Of a stretch of 64,000 nt of DNA, positions 11,950-25,294 are shown one piece after another. The DNA comes from Phoronis australis (lineage: Eukaryota; Animalia; Phoronida): assembly GCA_002633005.1 (NCBI GenBank), contig NMRA01000195.1, positions 289,628 to 353,627 of the forward strand, given 5' to 3'. The notes beneath the pieces are model-generated. The model was not told the DNA's origin. It searched no databases and saw only the letters and a list, made by a program, of their open reading frames with translations. The first letter of the stretch is position 1, and the number at the start of each line of letters is the position of its first letter. The translations under genes were made by a program, and so were the position numbers.

Positions 11950-12853
11950 AGACTGGCTCTCCTCACATGGACACAGATTAATAATCCGTTCTTACTTTTT
12001 CTTCTATGTTGCGTAACGGCAACATGTTTGTAATTTCACTGTCTGCATTTATTGAAGAGTTGGCGTTCGTTCGTAGTAAATGATGCGACAGCTATCAGGC
12101 TAGTGAACATCCAAAAAATGTTGAACCAGTCAGCACATTTAACCAATTTACAAAACTATAGATTTTAAAGCTTAGCAAAAGTATAGGCACGGTATTTTAT
12201 GAAAGCAGATCCCTTACGATTTGATTCTTGACTTTATACCATACTGCCGCTAATAAGCTCACGTGGCTATGCTTCTTTGTAATTAGCGAAAAAGAAAGGC
12301 ACATTCATAGCAAAACACTGACAGGATCAAATATCGCATGGTACAAAAGTTCAAGATAAGATCTCACAAACCATGTTGAAGTTTTCTAAATTTTTGTTTC
12401 GTTTTCATTTTATGCGACTTCAACGTTTTTTCGAAAAAAATCACTTGAAAGTCCTACTTTTATAGTCTCTCTTGTAAAAGCGAAACATTTTACAAACAAT
12501 TCCTGCGATCGTTTTGGAGAACAGTGAGGAAAGCATATTCAGAGTAGTGGCTGCTTATTGTTCGAAAACGACAGTCGCTTTATTTTTTCGATTAAGACGT
12601 ATTTTGAGAGGGATACCGGCCTCCATGCGGCCTGGATTCCGTGTTCAGCCCGGGCCACTAAAATCAGAGGTACTTGTTTTCAGTTGGTCACATATTTGGC
12701 GTTCAGTACTGTATTCGTCGAAACCTGTCGTTAACGTGTCTTGCAACGCAACCCATTCGTTACTAAGACAGTGTTAACTACAATATCTTTGTTCGTTAGA
12801 CTAATATGAAAATCATGTGATGCTGGCAAAGAATTTCGTTTTCCAGCTAACAC

Positions 12854-14652
12854 ATAGACCCTATTCACGCGGCGGCCATTAAGATCCAAAGCGAGGCTCA
12901 CTGCGATAAACAAAGCGAAAGTAGACATTGCGTGAGTTAAATAGCCGGTCTTTCGAGTCCAACCTGGACATTGAATTTTAATGATGTGTCGACAATTAAC
13001 CACAGAGACGTAGAAAATTACATTAGAGAATAAGTTAAGGCGCCAAAGAGTTGTCCGAGGAAAGGGTTTAATTTTTCCGGAAAACTAGGTTCGAAACATA
13101 AAAAGTAAATATGACCAAATTGCGGCGATCGTAGTGTTACGGATTAGGTATTATGCTGAATGCAGGGTTACGTTTTTTCTTGTAAATTGTTGATCAAAAT
13201 ACTTTCTACGCGGACCAGGTCATCTGCTCGTATTGTTGACGAGTTGAAGACATATTCGACAGTGGTGTAGTGTCATGTGCAATTAGTCACATCTGGTTTA
13301 ATTTGTTGATCAAGAATATTAACATCAAGCATAGCCTGATCCTATGCACTCACTGGGAATAACAGTTGATTTGTCATTGGTCTGAAAGAATAATTGATGT
13401 TATTAAATATATTTTTATTAAAATAAAAAACCAGCCAGGCCCGTAATTGAAAATAAAAATTATTTGACCATCAATGCTTTCTTGGTTGTAATAATTCTTA
13501 CGTCTGTTTCATGTGTTAGATTTCAAATATCAATCTGGACCAAGTTGAATTTTAACATTAAAACACCTAATTCGTTCGTCCAAAACATAACTTCGTTTTA
13601 GAATTCAATTTCAGTTAACTGGACAATGCAATCATAGTCATCATGTTTCTGCAGGAGCCTCTTTCATCCGAGGGGAAAGGTGCCAGTGCCTACTGAGAGG
13701 CGATTTTTTCGACCCGAGTGAGGGCGGGAACAATCTACCTTCCGATCACCATCAATAGCACCCCCGCCCTGTTGCAAGCTCTCATAGGCTCTGCCTCAAT
13801 TTAAAGTAGCTCTTTGTGCTCTTAAAAATTGTCACCTGTGTGGTTACAGGTGATGTGAACTCAGAGAGATTTTTCACTAGGAGAATTTTTATGCCTCATG
13901 GGGGGAATTTCGCGTGATATTTCAATATGTTTGAGAGGGGAATAGGGCCGATATTGTGCCCCAAATTTGAGGGATTGAGGGCCCTGTCCTTTTTGGAAGG
14001 AAAAATTATCAGTGTTTCAACCCGTAGCAGGGGCGAATCCAGGTTTTTCAATTGGGGGGCAGGGCACAGGAATAAGCAGCATTTCGGCAGATGCGCGCGC
14101 CCAGCCTAAAATCTGGGGATGCAGGGGTCTTGAATTCTTGGGTTTGCGGACCTGTTGACTAAAAAAACGGTAAACGGGGTTCATTCAGCGCCTATGCGTT
14201 GTTTATTCACCCCCCAACACCCGCCCTGGTTGCGTACGTGTGCTAGTCAGCAATTCGCACCCGAACTCAAAAATGGGATCTGGGCATGCCCCCCCCCCCT
14301 CTAAATCCGTAGTCATGAAAACACAGCCTGGGTGGCCCATTCTCCGGTCGTTACTATGATCGATGCTTGACAACTGACCGAGATGCGACAAAATATGATC
14401 TAACTTTTCGAAAACATTTATAAATTTTACACGGACATATTTTGCTTCGTCGCGGTGTATGGCAACGACCCAACGCTTCCGAATCTCAACGTCTTTAGAG
14501 ATTGTAAAGCAGACAGTTGCGTGTTCGTATTTTTTCTAGCCGTTCGCGGAACAACACGGACTGAAACACAGAACTATGCCGATAAGCTAACAGAGCTATC
14601 GTAGCGAGCCTCGTTTTGGAATGCGCCTCCTGTCGGCGTGAATAGGGTCTAT
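12854..14652. mobile_element. Non-autonomous DNA transposon (~1.8 kb)
   Basis: Perfect 17-bp terminal inverted repeats atagaccctattcacgc (12854-12870) / gcgtgaatagggtctat (14636-14652); carries a nested CAGGGGCG-type MITE from ~14028; no transposase ORF. Confidence 0.7.
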
Positions 14653-14979
14653 ACGTATACAGTATAGGTGGCCAAGCAAAGGCCTCACTACAAGATGACC
14701 CCTTAAATATACTACATTACAAAAAAGGAAAACCAGTCTCATACGATGTTATATAATCCAAGCTCATGAGATCAATTAATCTAAACTACTATAACATGAA
14801 ATGTGGGAGACAATGCAGTACGCCAAATAAACAAGACAATGTATACGGGAAGTTTAAGGTTATGTACATGTAAGACCTCATTGAGGAAAGTAAATTCAAA
14901 GTCAATCGCCAGAAAAAAATACATGTAGGCTTTATCAACCAGTAAAAAGTACACGTTTTCTAAACGAAGAAAGATTCCT

Positions 14980-15227
14980 GGGGCCTGTTCCAAGAAACTG
15001 ACTTAAGTTCATTTTTGACTTAAGTTTAAAATTTGTCTTATTTTCCAAACTTTGAAACTTCCACATTCGGTAAGTTAGTCAAAATTAAGACAAAATTTAT
15101 GTCAAACACTTAAGTCAAACTTAAGATCTCTTTCTTGAATTGGTTTTGAGACAAATTTTAAATTTTATTTTAAAATTTACTAAACTTTAAGAGTTATCTT
15201 AGCTAAGTCAATTTTGTTGGAAAGGGG
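14980..15227. mobile_element. MITE with degenerate GGGCCTGTTCCAAG-type TIR
   Basis: ggggcctgttccaagaaactgacttaag at left and taagtcaattttgttggaaagggg at right, with internal inverted AT-rich blocks. Confidence 0.5.
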
Positions 15228-15279
15228 TAATAAAAACGCACTTTATACCAATGAGTCATTGTTGTTATAACGTTGCCAC

Positions 15280-18240
15280 TCATTTAAAGTCAAATTTTCA
15301 ACAAAGGCACATTCATAGCACAAACACCATTTAACCAATTTCATTGAAAACCTTAAGCCGCTGTTGACGAGAATTTTCGATTACTGATTTAGTTTGGTTT
15401 CTACGCCAAATAATTAACTCACAAAAGAAATTAAGGCATTTTTGTAAATAAAAACAGCGATCGTATTAGTCTAAAGCAGAGTACAAAAAATAAGACTTTA
15501 AAAAACCCTAAAAGCGTTTCTGAGAATGATAAATTAATATTGAAACTGCAAAGTTTCAGTGAAATCGACCGATCCGTTTTCGAGAACTCATGCTCCTATT
15601 GTAAGTTCAAATCAAATCGACTTACCGAACCTGAGAAGAAGCGGAAAATGTCGCGAGTCTTCGAAGTCTGACGCTTTTTGCTTACTTATGCGGCGAAAAC
15701 TTGTTTTTGGTCAACATAAAATATACATGTCTTAACCATGTTTGTTATTTCAACATTCACTCGCAATGTCAACAGAATGAATTTGCGGTGAGTAATTAAC
15801 TTATTTATTACTAAACCACTTTAATTGTGTATCTGGAGTTTTGTGACTCGAGTCAAACTAAGTCAATGGCGGAGTCAGCAGTAAGTAGGACAACACTTCA
15901 TTGTATACAGACCACGCGCCGGGGAGACTGATATCAAAAAACAACTCCGAAATGGATAAATGAAACAGAGTCGGCGGTTAAAGCGCGCTATGAAGACGAA
16001 ATCGAAACAGCGGAACATCAAACTACTGATGAAATTAATTAATTTGGGCGAGGATTTCTCTTTTTTCACAACTTGCTGTCATGTGAACACAAATTCACAG
16101 ACCGTAGCAGCGACTTAGACTCGGTGCATTCGTTCGCAACGTACGCATGCACATACATGTAGGTCCACAACTCACTCAGGTTCAAAATTACGTTTTGTCT
16201 TCGTTTTATGCGGCATTGTCCATGCTATGCTCACATCTCGACGACTCATTTATTATGGCGACTCGCTGAATGAAAGGACTGTGGGTACAAACGGAAGTGC
16301 TCTATGACTGGCAGGATATTCGATTTGAGTGACAGCTCTGTAACCTATAAACTTTGATAAATAGTAAACAGCTGATTTCCACACGGTTGAGGTTGGTCTA
16401 GGAAATCGTTTTTCTACCATAAACTGACAAGATGACGGTTTTAAAATTAACTAGGAATGAGGATAAACTACATTCATCCACACATGTATTCAAGATTAAA
16501 AAAATTAAAAAATTAGAAGTAATGTCCCACATATCCTTAAGAATATCTCATATCAAAAAGCAGGCTATGTCAACTAGTTAAAGAGTATATTTCCTGGAAG
16601 AAAAGGATCAGAGATTATGAAATATGTGCCATTACTATTATCACGTAACCACCTCTTTAAGTCAAAATTTCATTTTTGAGAAAAGTTTATACATCGTAGC
16701 AAAATAACTCTTTGATCGATTTTAATGAAATCCTTTTAAAATCTCTGCTAGGAATTTTCGATTATTTATTTAGTTTAGTTTCTTAGCAAAATTAAATCGC
16801 AAAACGTAAGGTATTTGTATTTTTGTGAAAAATAGCAGCCGTATTCGTCTGTCTTACGGTACGCAAAAACTAGACATTTAAAAGGAAAATCCATGTTTTC
16901 GAGAACTCGCGTTCCAAATTTCAAATTAAGTGGACCTGCCGAAGCAGCGAAAAAGCGGAAAAACGTTGCGAGTCTTCAAAATCCGACGGTTATCGCATGA
17001 TTAAACGGTAAAAATTTGTTTTTGTGTCATTATAACCTATGCATGCCTTAACCATTATCGCTATTTCAACATTCACTCCCAATGTCAACTACATTTACAG
17101 TGCGTAATTAACTTAATTATCACCATGAAAACGCTTTAATTTTAATTTTGCGAAAGTACCTCAAACTATAGGAATAAAGACAGTTCAGTATGTCAACAGT
17201 TCATGGTATACAAACCACGCCCACGGCGACTAGTATTACGAAGCGCCAAAAGGTTCTTAAACGAGTACCTTTCTGCGCGTAGAAATGTGCTTAATCTACG
17301 TGTACTTTTACTTAACCAACGGGTACTTTTTATCAATCCACACAGTCACTCCAATCACGCCCTATTGCCGATTTGGGCAACTGAACGGACTGCTCAAACA
17401 TAAATTCGAGACTTTGCTCGAGTTGGAAGAAATTAAAGACATCGGCGGCCTCCTAAGGTGTCTCTCTATGCGCGTATTAAGGTACTTATAGCAACGCGAT
17501 TTAAGATGTTTAATTAGTGTGAGCCACAATTCACTGAAAAGCGTCCTGCGTATGAAGCTCGTACATATATATTGGAGCTTCACGGTCTATACTGGGGCCA
17601 GTCGAGACAGTAGGACTGTCAAAGTACGGATTGATCAAGAGCAGAACAATGATTGTTTAAGAACTAAAAGTACGCATAGATGAAACAAAAATACGCGTAG
17701 ATTACGCAAAAATAAGCGTACATGTGTACATAAAGCGCATTTCTACGCGCAGAAATGTACTCGTTTAAGAACCCTTTTGCGCTTCATATGGTATCACGAA
17801 ACCAGGTACGAAATGGGCAATAGAAATTGACTTGATGTTTAGAGCGCGCCGTGAGCACGAGATCCAAACAGCGAAATGACAGATTAATTACAGACCAAAT
17901 TAATGAATTTGGGTTACGCTTTATGTTTTTTAAAACTTGTTATGTTTATGAACACAAAGTCACAGAGGCGGTGCTGCGACTCGGACTCGGTGCATTCGTT
18001 CTCAACGGTTGTACATGTATGTACAGTATGTAGACGCACAACTCCCTCAGGATCAAAACCACCGTTTCGTCTTCGTTTTCTCCGGCATCTTTCTATCCTA
18101 TGTACATCTCGTTGGCTCAATATTGTGGTGATTCGATGAACGAAAGGACTGAGGGTACATAGGGAGCTGCTCTATGCCTTGCAGGAGATTCGATTTGAGT
18201 GACAGCTCTGTAACCATTGACCTCGGATAAGTAGTAACCA
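15280..18240 (+). repeat. Two diverged direct copies of a ~1.1-kb interspersed repeat (~15280-16370 and ~16655-18240)
   Basis: Shared blocks: atttcaacattcactc(g/c)caatgtcaac, gactcggtgcattcgtt, ttcgatttgagtgacagctctgtaacc. Confidence 0.8.
17237..17788. mobile_element. MITE (~550 bp) inserted in the second repeat copy
   Basis: Long imperfect TIR tacgaagcgccaaaaggttcttaaacgagtacctttctgcgcgtagaaatg versus catttctacgcgcagaaatgtactcgtttaagaacccttttgcgcttcata; absent from the paralogous copy near 15930. Confidence 0.8.
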
Positions 18241-18431
18241 AATGAATGATTGAGAACAGCACTGTGTGTGTGTTAACAGTGTACTTTGACTCTGATGCTG
18301 AGAATCCTGTTGCTCATTCCAATGTAAAACTGTTCACGGTCACTGAAGTTGAGTTGGTACACAACATCATGACTTCATTGACAACTGGTCACACCACAGA
18401 TTACTCTTGTGTTCAGATCTTAGACAAGGAT

Positions 18432-18677
18432 CATGCGCGCACCCAGCCCAACATATAGGGGTGGGCTCGAATTTTTCACTGCGGACCTTTTACTGAAAAA
18501 CCGGGAACTAAGAAAAACGGGGTACTAAATTCAGACCTATGAATTGTGCATTAGCGCCGAATTCCTGTGGACTTTTGTCTCGTTTTGTCGGACTTTTTGT
18601 TTATCTGAGGCGGACCTTTTTGCCCACTTCCCCAAATGGGGGACGAGCCCCCCGAGCCTCCCCTGGGTATGTGCATG
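18432..18677. mobile_element. MITE with CATG ends and 5-bp TSD
   Basis: aggat|catgcgcgcacccag...ctgggtatgtgcatg|aggat. Confidence 0.75.
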
Positions 18678-19127
18678 AGGATAATGCCACCTCAGGCTCC
18701 TTATAAAGGAGGCTATGCATATACGTTTGAACCATGCTGAGTGAAATCTAGATTGAATTCTAAATATTATTGAAAATAAGTAGGGATCTTTTCATGCAAC
18801 GCCCCCAATTTAAGGAGTAAGTCCGTAACCGTTTTGATTGAATTAAGGGCTCAGTTTTTAGTTACATTATTAGAAAATGTCATTAATCAAAAAAGAGTTC
18901 ATAATAAAGATTAAATTATAGAAAAATATTTTACCTGTGCCTAAAGAACGAAACAAATACCAAAAAAGATTTAGGGACCTTAGTTGAGTCCCTATTTGGG
19001 ACTGTTTCATGCAACCGAGCACTGGTCTCTCCCCTCACAATGCATCTTGACGTGTAGGCCTACCTGTGTCGCCAGACTGAATATGTGAGAGCGGTTCATA
19101 ATGAATAAACGGAAACGTCGGATCAAT

Positions 19128-19778
19128 GGAGAGGTTTTGCAAAGCGACGTGAACGTGAATTATCACGCATATATAATTGCGAGTGGCGATTCACGTTACA
19201 GTAAGAAAAATGAGTTTCGCAACAGCTAAATTTTTACGTGAACGTGAATGTAAACGTGAACCGAAAAACTGAGCTCAGGGTGTCCAGTTATCAAAGTACA
19301 TATCCGCTACAGATATGCAAGATAGAAATATATGTTGAATGCTCCTGTGAAAATGGTCAACTCTTATAATGCATATTTTATATGCAGTTTAAAATAAATA
19401 GATGCGTGCATTATATCTGCTAAAAATCCATTCTAGTGCGATGATATCCAGCGAACCCCGGCAGAAAAAAGGTTTTGGAAAAGGTGTTTTCTTGTAAATT
19501 AACTTTAAGAACATTTATTGACAAAGAATCGTGTTAATTTTGTACAGAAGCAAAGACGAAAGATTGAGAACCCTATCAAAATAAAAATCGTTTCGATATC
19601 TTACCAAATAAGAATTTGAAATGGGCCACAGGTTTCGCGTTTAAAGCGACTCGAATCTCCCTGTATTCGCGTAAAATACGTAGACACTATCGTGATTACG
19701 TCACAGCCAACAAAGGCATGTATGACGCAGAGTTAAGCGCGAAAATTCACGTTCACGTCCATTTGCGAAACTTCTCTA
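19128..19778. mobile_element. MITE (~650 bp)
   Basis: TIR gagaggttttgcaaagcgacgtgaacgtgaatt versus aattcacgttcacgtccatttgcgaaacttctc. Confidence 0.7.
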
Positions 19779-20701
19779 TAATATGTTTTTCTGTACTTAC
19801 GCGCTAATTTTAAAGTTCTTGCCTCTGTTTTGGCCAAAAACAAAAGTGACAACTAGTGCGTTATAAGAATAAGTCCTACAATCATCAGTAGAGCAAACCA
19901 CACTTACAGGATTGAACAATTAGATATTTTTAAAACAAAATGTTGATTTTATCAGCCAAAGGAAGACAATGGCTGTTAATCAGTATTACCTAGCTCCTCC
20001 CCATTTTGGAGCATATGAATATAGACTTTCGGTAATCACAGATATAGCTAAACTGTTATTTTATATCACGTCTAAATGTAAACCACACGAGAAACCTTTC
20101 GGTCTGAATACGCTCAATGTCCGTGCTCTTATATTTTTACTCTTTCTATAATTCCAGTGTGCTTGCTACAACAAGTAACGCAACCATAATTACTCACGCA
20201 CTGAAGTGAGCGTTATCGCAGATATATGAATTAATCCTCTTGTTCATATCCAACAGTACGTATCATGTGAACCGCTGTAATCCCTGGACATACAGTCAGA
20301 AAAGAATAGACCATCACTTGGCACAGAACATATCCCTACTCTAGTTCTAACTGACGCGCGACAAGTTCCTTGTGTTCAAGCAGACATTTGTTCTTATATG
20401 GTGGCTTAGTGAGAAGTGATCTCCGAAACTTTAAAAAAAACAAGCCATTCATCGATAATGGGAATGCGAAAGGCCAGGTGGAGGACTTTATAACTTCTAC
20501 TGGAGCGTGCAAATAATGAGGAGCCTAGGATCTAAAATCATTTGGTGACTAAACTATGCAAACGGACCTCATTCGTGCTAGCTTACTTGTAACTGCGTGA
20601 ACTTATCACCAACTGTGGCTGAAGAACGCTGTGTTTTTTAATTAACCGAATGATACAAATTTGGACTCGCATGTTTACGATCGCATGTCAACAGAAGCAC
20701 A

Positions 20702-20879
20702 ATGTCGTCTACAGTAAATGCAACTCCGTACGAACCTTTCCAAATTCACCATGTGCGTTGCTATCGCAACACCTCTTTGCTTTTGGGTGTCGTGGGTTTG
20801 CTTGTGATAGGTGTGATTCCAGCTTTCAATGTTTACGCTACTGACTTCAAGAAAGCATTCAACTACACACAGCTGGAAG
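20702..20879 (+). CDS. Nodulin-like/NFD4/Mch1-type MFS transporter, exon 1
   Basis: MSSTVNATP...SLLLGVVGLLVIGVIPAFNVYATDFKKAFNYTQLE; TM1 plus FxxYxxxLKxxxxYxQ-like family motif; donor G|gtaccg, phase 1. Confidence 0.82.
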
Positions 20880-22166
20880 GTACCGTGCCACGTTTAACTG
20901 GCAAATCATCTGCATTCATCCATCGCCTCGCAGTTCAGTTTTGAAGTTTACTTTGTGTTGCTCGAACATTGAGCATGCGCAGACGTCTGCTGGAAGCCTG
21001 TCAATGGAATATATTGTAATCAGAATGCTCTCAACACCAAAAACTGACCAAACTTACATGATTTATTCAAACATTGTTGAATTCAGCGCAGCGACTTAGA
21101 GTAAAACATTCAACAAAATATTTGCCTTTTGACAAAGTCTTGAAATTTTGTAAACGGGTACTTAGGCACTTAAAACGGTTACTAATAGGTGCTCAACGCT
21201 TTCTAGATGGTCACTTCCGCTATCTTAGATTCAAAGATGGCCGCCTCTTTCTTAGAAATTTACTTATTTGGCTTCGTTTAAGGTAAGATTTACATTTTTC
21301 TCGGCAAAAAGTGTTAGAAAATAATAAAAGCTTTAATTATGTGCAAAAACTATTATATAAATGGTGACATTAAGTTACATGACATGTGTAATATTAAAAA
21401 ACAAGAAAAATGACGCACAAACGTTGTGTAGAGGTATTGGCTGACAATCACTTGGTGTTGCAACTACACGAATATTTCTAGAGATCAATAAATAATCATT
21501 GTACTTAATTAATTGTTGACTTATAAGTAAAAGATTTTTATGACTGTCATAAAACAGAAAATATTTTTTTGCGTAATTTGTATCGTCGCTAAACAAAAAT
21601 CTGCACGGTTGTCTGCTTTTGCAAACTGAGTTATAGCATAGAAGTTAGAGGAACATCAGGAATAATAATATCGGTAATTGATATGGAGCGGATAAATTAG
21701 GAATGCTTTCTCGCCGTACTTGATAATTGAAAGTAACGTTTCGCCGACTCCTTTCAATACACCCGAGCTTCTGCGACACCTGGTGTCGTCTGCCGATCCT
21801 GAGGCAAACGGCGAGAAACTTTGAGTCCATTCATGAGATTGATCCACCTCTTCTCAAGAAAATCCACGCAAGAGTTATAACTTTTTGGAATCGTATCTCG
21901 TCACTGGACAAATGACAATCTCCATCGATATACTTAGTGATATTTTATTGCTCATACCCATATCTGTGTACATTGTAGCTGTATTTATTCTACGGTAGAC
22001 GTGCAACTACCCAGATTTAAATGCTTGTCTATGATATTTGATTTTTACTATTTTGTCTGTGTAGTCATTAGATATTTGAATATGAGGTTTCCAAGGGCTT
22101 TCTGTCTTGTTCGATTTTTCACATTTTTGTCTTAGATCATTCAATGAAATTTTCATATATTTTCAG

Positions 22167-22364
22167 TGGAATTAATCGCTTCTGCCAGCATATCCGGTAG
22201 CTATTTCACACTACCCGCTGACCGCACCAAGGGTCCGTTGGCAACTTGTCTGCTTGGATTCCTATTGACAGTCTTTGGCCTGGCGATGTTAGCTACGGCG
22301 CTCAGTTTCAACCACGTATTTTCTAACTATTATGGCTTGACCGCAATGTTTTACTTCTTAACAG
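22167..22364 (+). CDS. Nodulin-like MFS transporter, exon 2
   Basis: tttcag|(V)ELIASASISGSYFTLPADRTKGPLATCLLGFLLTVFGLAML...AMFYFLT(G)|gtatgt; phase 1-1. Confidence 0.85.
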
Positions 22365-22831
22365 GTATGTTTACATGTATGATAAAGGCACTTGGTTGAA
22401 TTAAAATCTTAAGAATAGATTCAATGTGCTCATGCTTAATTGCTTCGTCAAGTATATGGGATTCAAACTGCAATACTTTTCGATTTAGGAACTTTCGAAA
22501 CATACGACTATTTTAATGTGCTATAGAACTAAAATATCAGCATCTTTCTCGCTAATACTCTGTGAATTCGGATTTTCCACATAGTAGGAGTACTTTAGTG
22601 TACCTTAAGGACAAGTCAAACCTCATCGTAGTTAAATCTGAGTAAGAAAGTAATCACAGGTTATTCAACTAGGGTGAATGTGACGACTGTTACATACATA
22701 TACATGTGTGAGACGGAACAGTCGCTCATAAAAAGTGTTTGAAGTGTAAAGTCTTTAACGATTTGAGTGCTAAGTTAGCCTAATAAAAGTGTTTATCTGT
22801 TTGTTCGTATGGAGACACTATTCTTTTTCAG

Positions 22832-23862
22832 GACTGGGGCTTTCCTTCACATACGTTGCAATTATCAAGACAAACTCCGAGAATACGCCTTGTGGCCATC
22901 GAAAAACACTAAGGATGTCAGAGAGTGGCTTAGTTGTCGCCAGTTCAGCCATCTTTGCAGTCTTGTACAAGGGTATATCTGCAACAGCATCAACCAAAAG
23001 TGACTGGGCTCTCTTAATATTTTACGTCATTGTGACTGTCTTAATAGGACTCCTGGATATTCTCTGTATATTATTTTTGCGTTCATATCCCTCTCTTGAA
23101 AGAAGCCGCCGTGTCAGCTACAGATATGGAGCTGGAAGTTACTACGAACCTGAAGGAGATTCTAGGACTCTATCCGAAAGCACTCGTCTTTTGTACAAAG
23201 CGCCCGACTCGAGCTTCTCGACAACGTCGCTAGAGGACGCAAGCAGTGGAAACTGGAGTGCACAGTTAACGATACTAATCATGACTCTGAGCTCTGGAGT
23301 GGGAATCATGTATAATACAAATCTATCTATTTTCATTGAATCCATGTATCCAGAATGTGAACGGACATTATTCGTAGTGTTGTTTCCTCTTTTTGGCGCC
23401 ATAGCCACTCCGATACTTACGAATCTGGCTACAAAATCTGGAAGCATCTACCCAATGAAATTGACGGCACTGGTTTTAAACAGTTTACTCTTGGCTAGTC
23501 AAATGATGTTAATTTTTGCACGGGACTCGATGATTGTTTTTGTCTTTTCTACGTTACTCGTGTCTGTTACAGGTTTCCCACTCAGTACCATCTCCCATGA
23601 AATACTGCGCCATCTAGTTGGCAAAAACAAGTACGAGAGGATACGTTTCGTAGTGATCACATTAGTTCCTGCTAGTGGAATATTGTGTAACGTCTTAGTG
23701 GGCATTATGTACGACCACCATTCGGAACATGGATCGCATGACTGCCATGGTGCCGATTGCTTCAAATGGTGTTTCTACGCGACCTCCATAATGACTGCTG
23801 GTTCCTTCTTGTACAATCTTGCACTTATCAATCCGTTTGAGATAGTTTACAGATTCGTCTAG
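22832..23862 (+). CDS. Nodulin-like MFS transporter, exon 3 (spliced product ~468 aa)
   Basis: tttttcag acceptor; multiple TM helices, central hydrophilic loop, C-terminal GIMYD...CHGADCF matching the GxxYD...CxGxxC(F/Y) signature of NFD4/Mch1 proteins; AATAAA at 24001-24006. Confidence 0.88.
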
Positions 23863-25294
23863 CGACATAAAGAAAATGGCATTTACAACACAAAAATGGC
23901 ATTGACTAGTAAATATAGATTAATTGCATAGCGAGGCTGTTATTTAGAGCCAGAGTGAGATGAGTGTATGTAATAGTTAATACATTCCACGATATTGTCC
24001 AATAAACTTTACACAATCAGCGCACTGAATCCACAGGACCGCTGAGTTTTTGTTTACAAGAAGTAACAGACTAGCCCTCTGTCTTACTTATCTAGCGATT
24101 CTGCATAATAATTTCGACTGAACACTAAAAATGTCCAAATATGGCCAACTTCGGAAAATCGCATGTCAGAACCTTCATCCCATACGCGTTGAATCTGTCG
24201 AAGGGAATACGGCCGTGTAATAACGTTTTCCGTATATTCACCTCCTGCTGATACGCCGTAAAATGTAACAATTTCGTAAAATGGAGCAACTGATACATTG
24301 TACGTCATACGCATAAAGCCTTCTTCCTCGGATTGTTTGAATGAAATTCTATCAAATGTGCTAGCTCAAATTTATAGATGTGTTCCTATGTGCTTCCCAT
24401 TATCTTTTTAACATGAGCTGTTTCTTGATACAGCCAAAAATGTACCCCGTACAGTTTGAACTTCAGACGAAAGGAGTTTCCAGGATCAGGTAACACTTTT
24501 TTATTGTTAAAGCGTTCTTGCAAACTTTTGTTACGCAGGTAACACCCAATTGTGTGTCCTGCTTTACAGTAAACACACTTCCCTTGGTACCCTGTAAGCA
24601 CAACAGAAACAATTACAGCATATTTTGGCTAATATTTATCGCATTTCTTCGGGAACAAACGATAGTAACATTTTTTTGCACGGAGAATTCAATTTGATAG
24701 TGCACCATAGTTAGACCTATTTCAGCCAGTGTTTTATTGCTTTGCCTTTGGAGTCATGACTAATGCTCCATGTAAAAAGGAGTAACACCAAAGTTCCTGA
24801 TGTCAACGGTTTCTGTCTACCACACTAGTTACGAATGACAACTTCTTAAAGACATTGTGATAGAAGGAAATAAAAGCATGCATTTATTTGCAGGCAGGTT
24901 GACAGATTTTGCCAGTGCAAGAGCATAAGATCGCCTTTGAGAAGGGGGGGGGGGGGCAATAGTTTTAAAAAGTGGGGACATAGTAACGTGTTTTAAACAG
25001 CTAAAAGCTGAAAGAAATGACATTGATGTCAAACTTGTCTGAAATAGTGGTGGTAACAACTGATCAAACGTGACATGTATACGCAAAAATGGGAGGCCTA
25101 GCTGGGAAACAGAAAATACCGAATCTATAATTTAAAAGGACAACAGTTCGAAAAAAGCCCACTGTCGGCCTTTCGGACTAAAAAAAACATGCCCTTTCTC
25201 TTTCTATTATTTTTTAAAGATATAATATCGATTAAAACTGCTATTTGGGTCATTATTCCGAAACACATATAAATAAAGACAGATAACGGACGTA

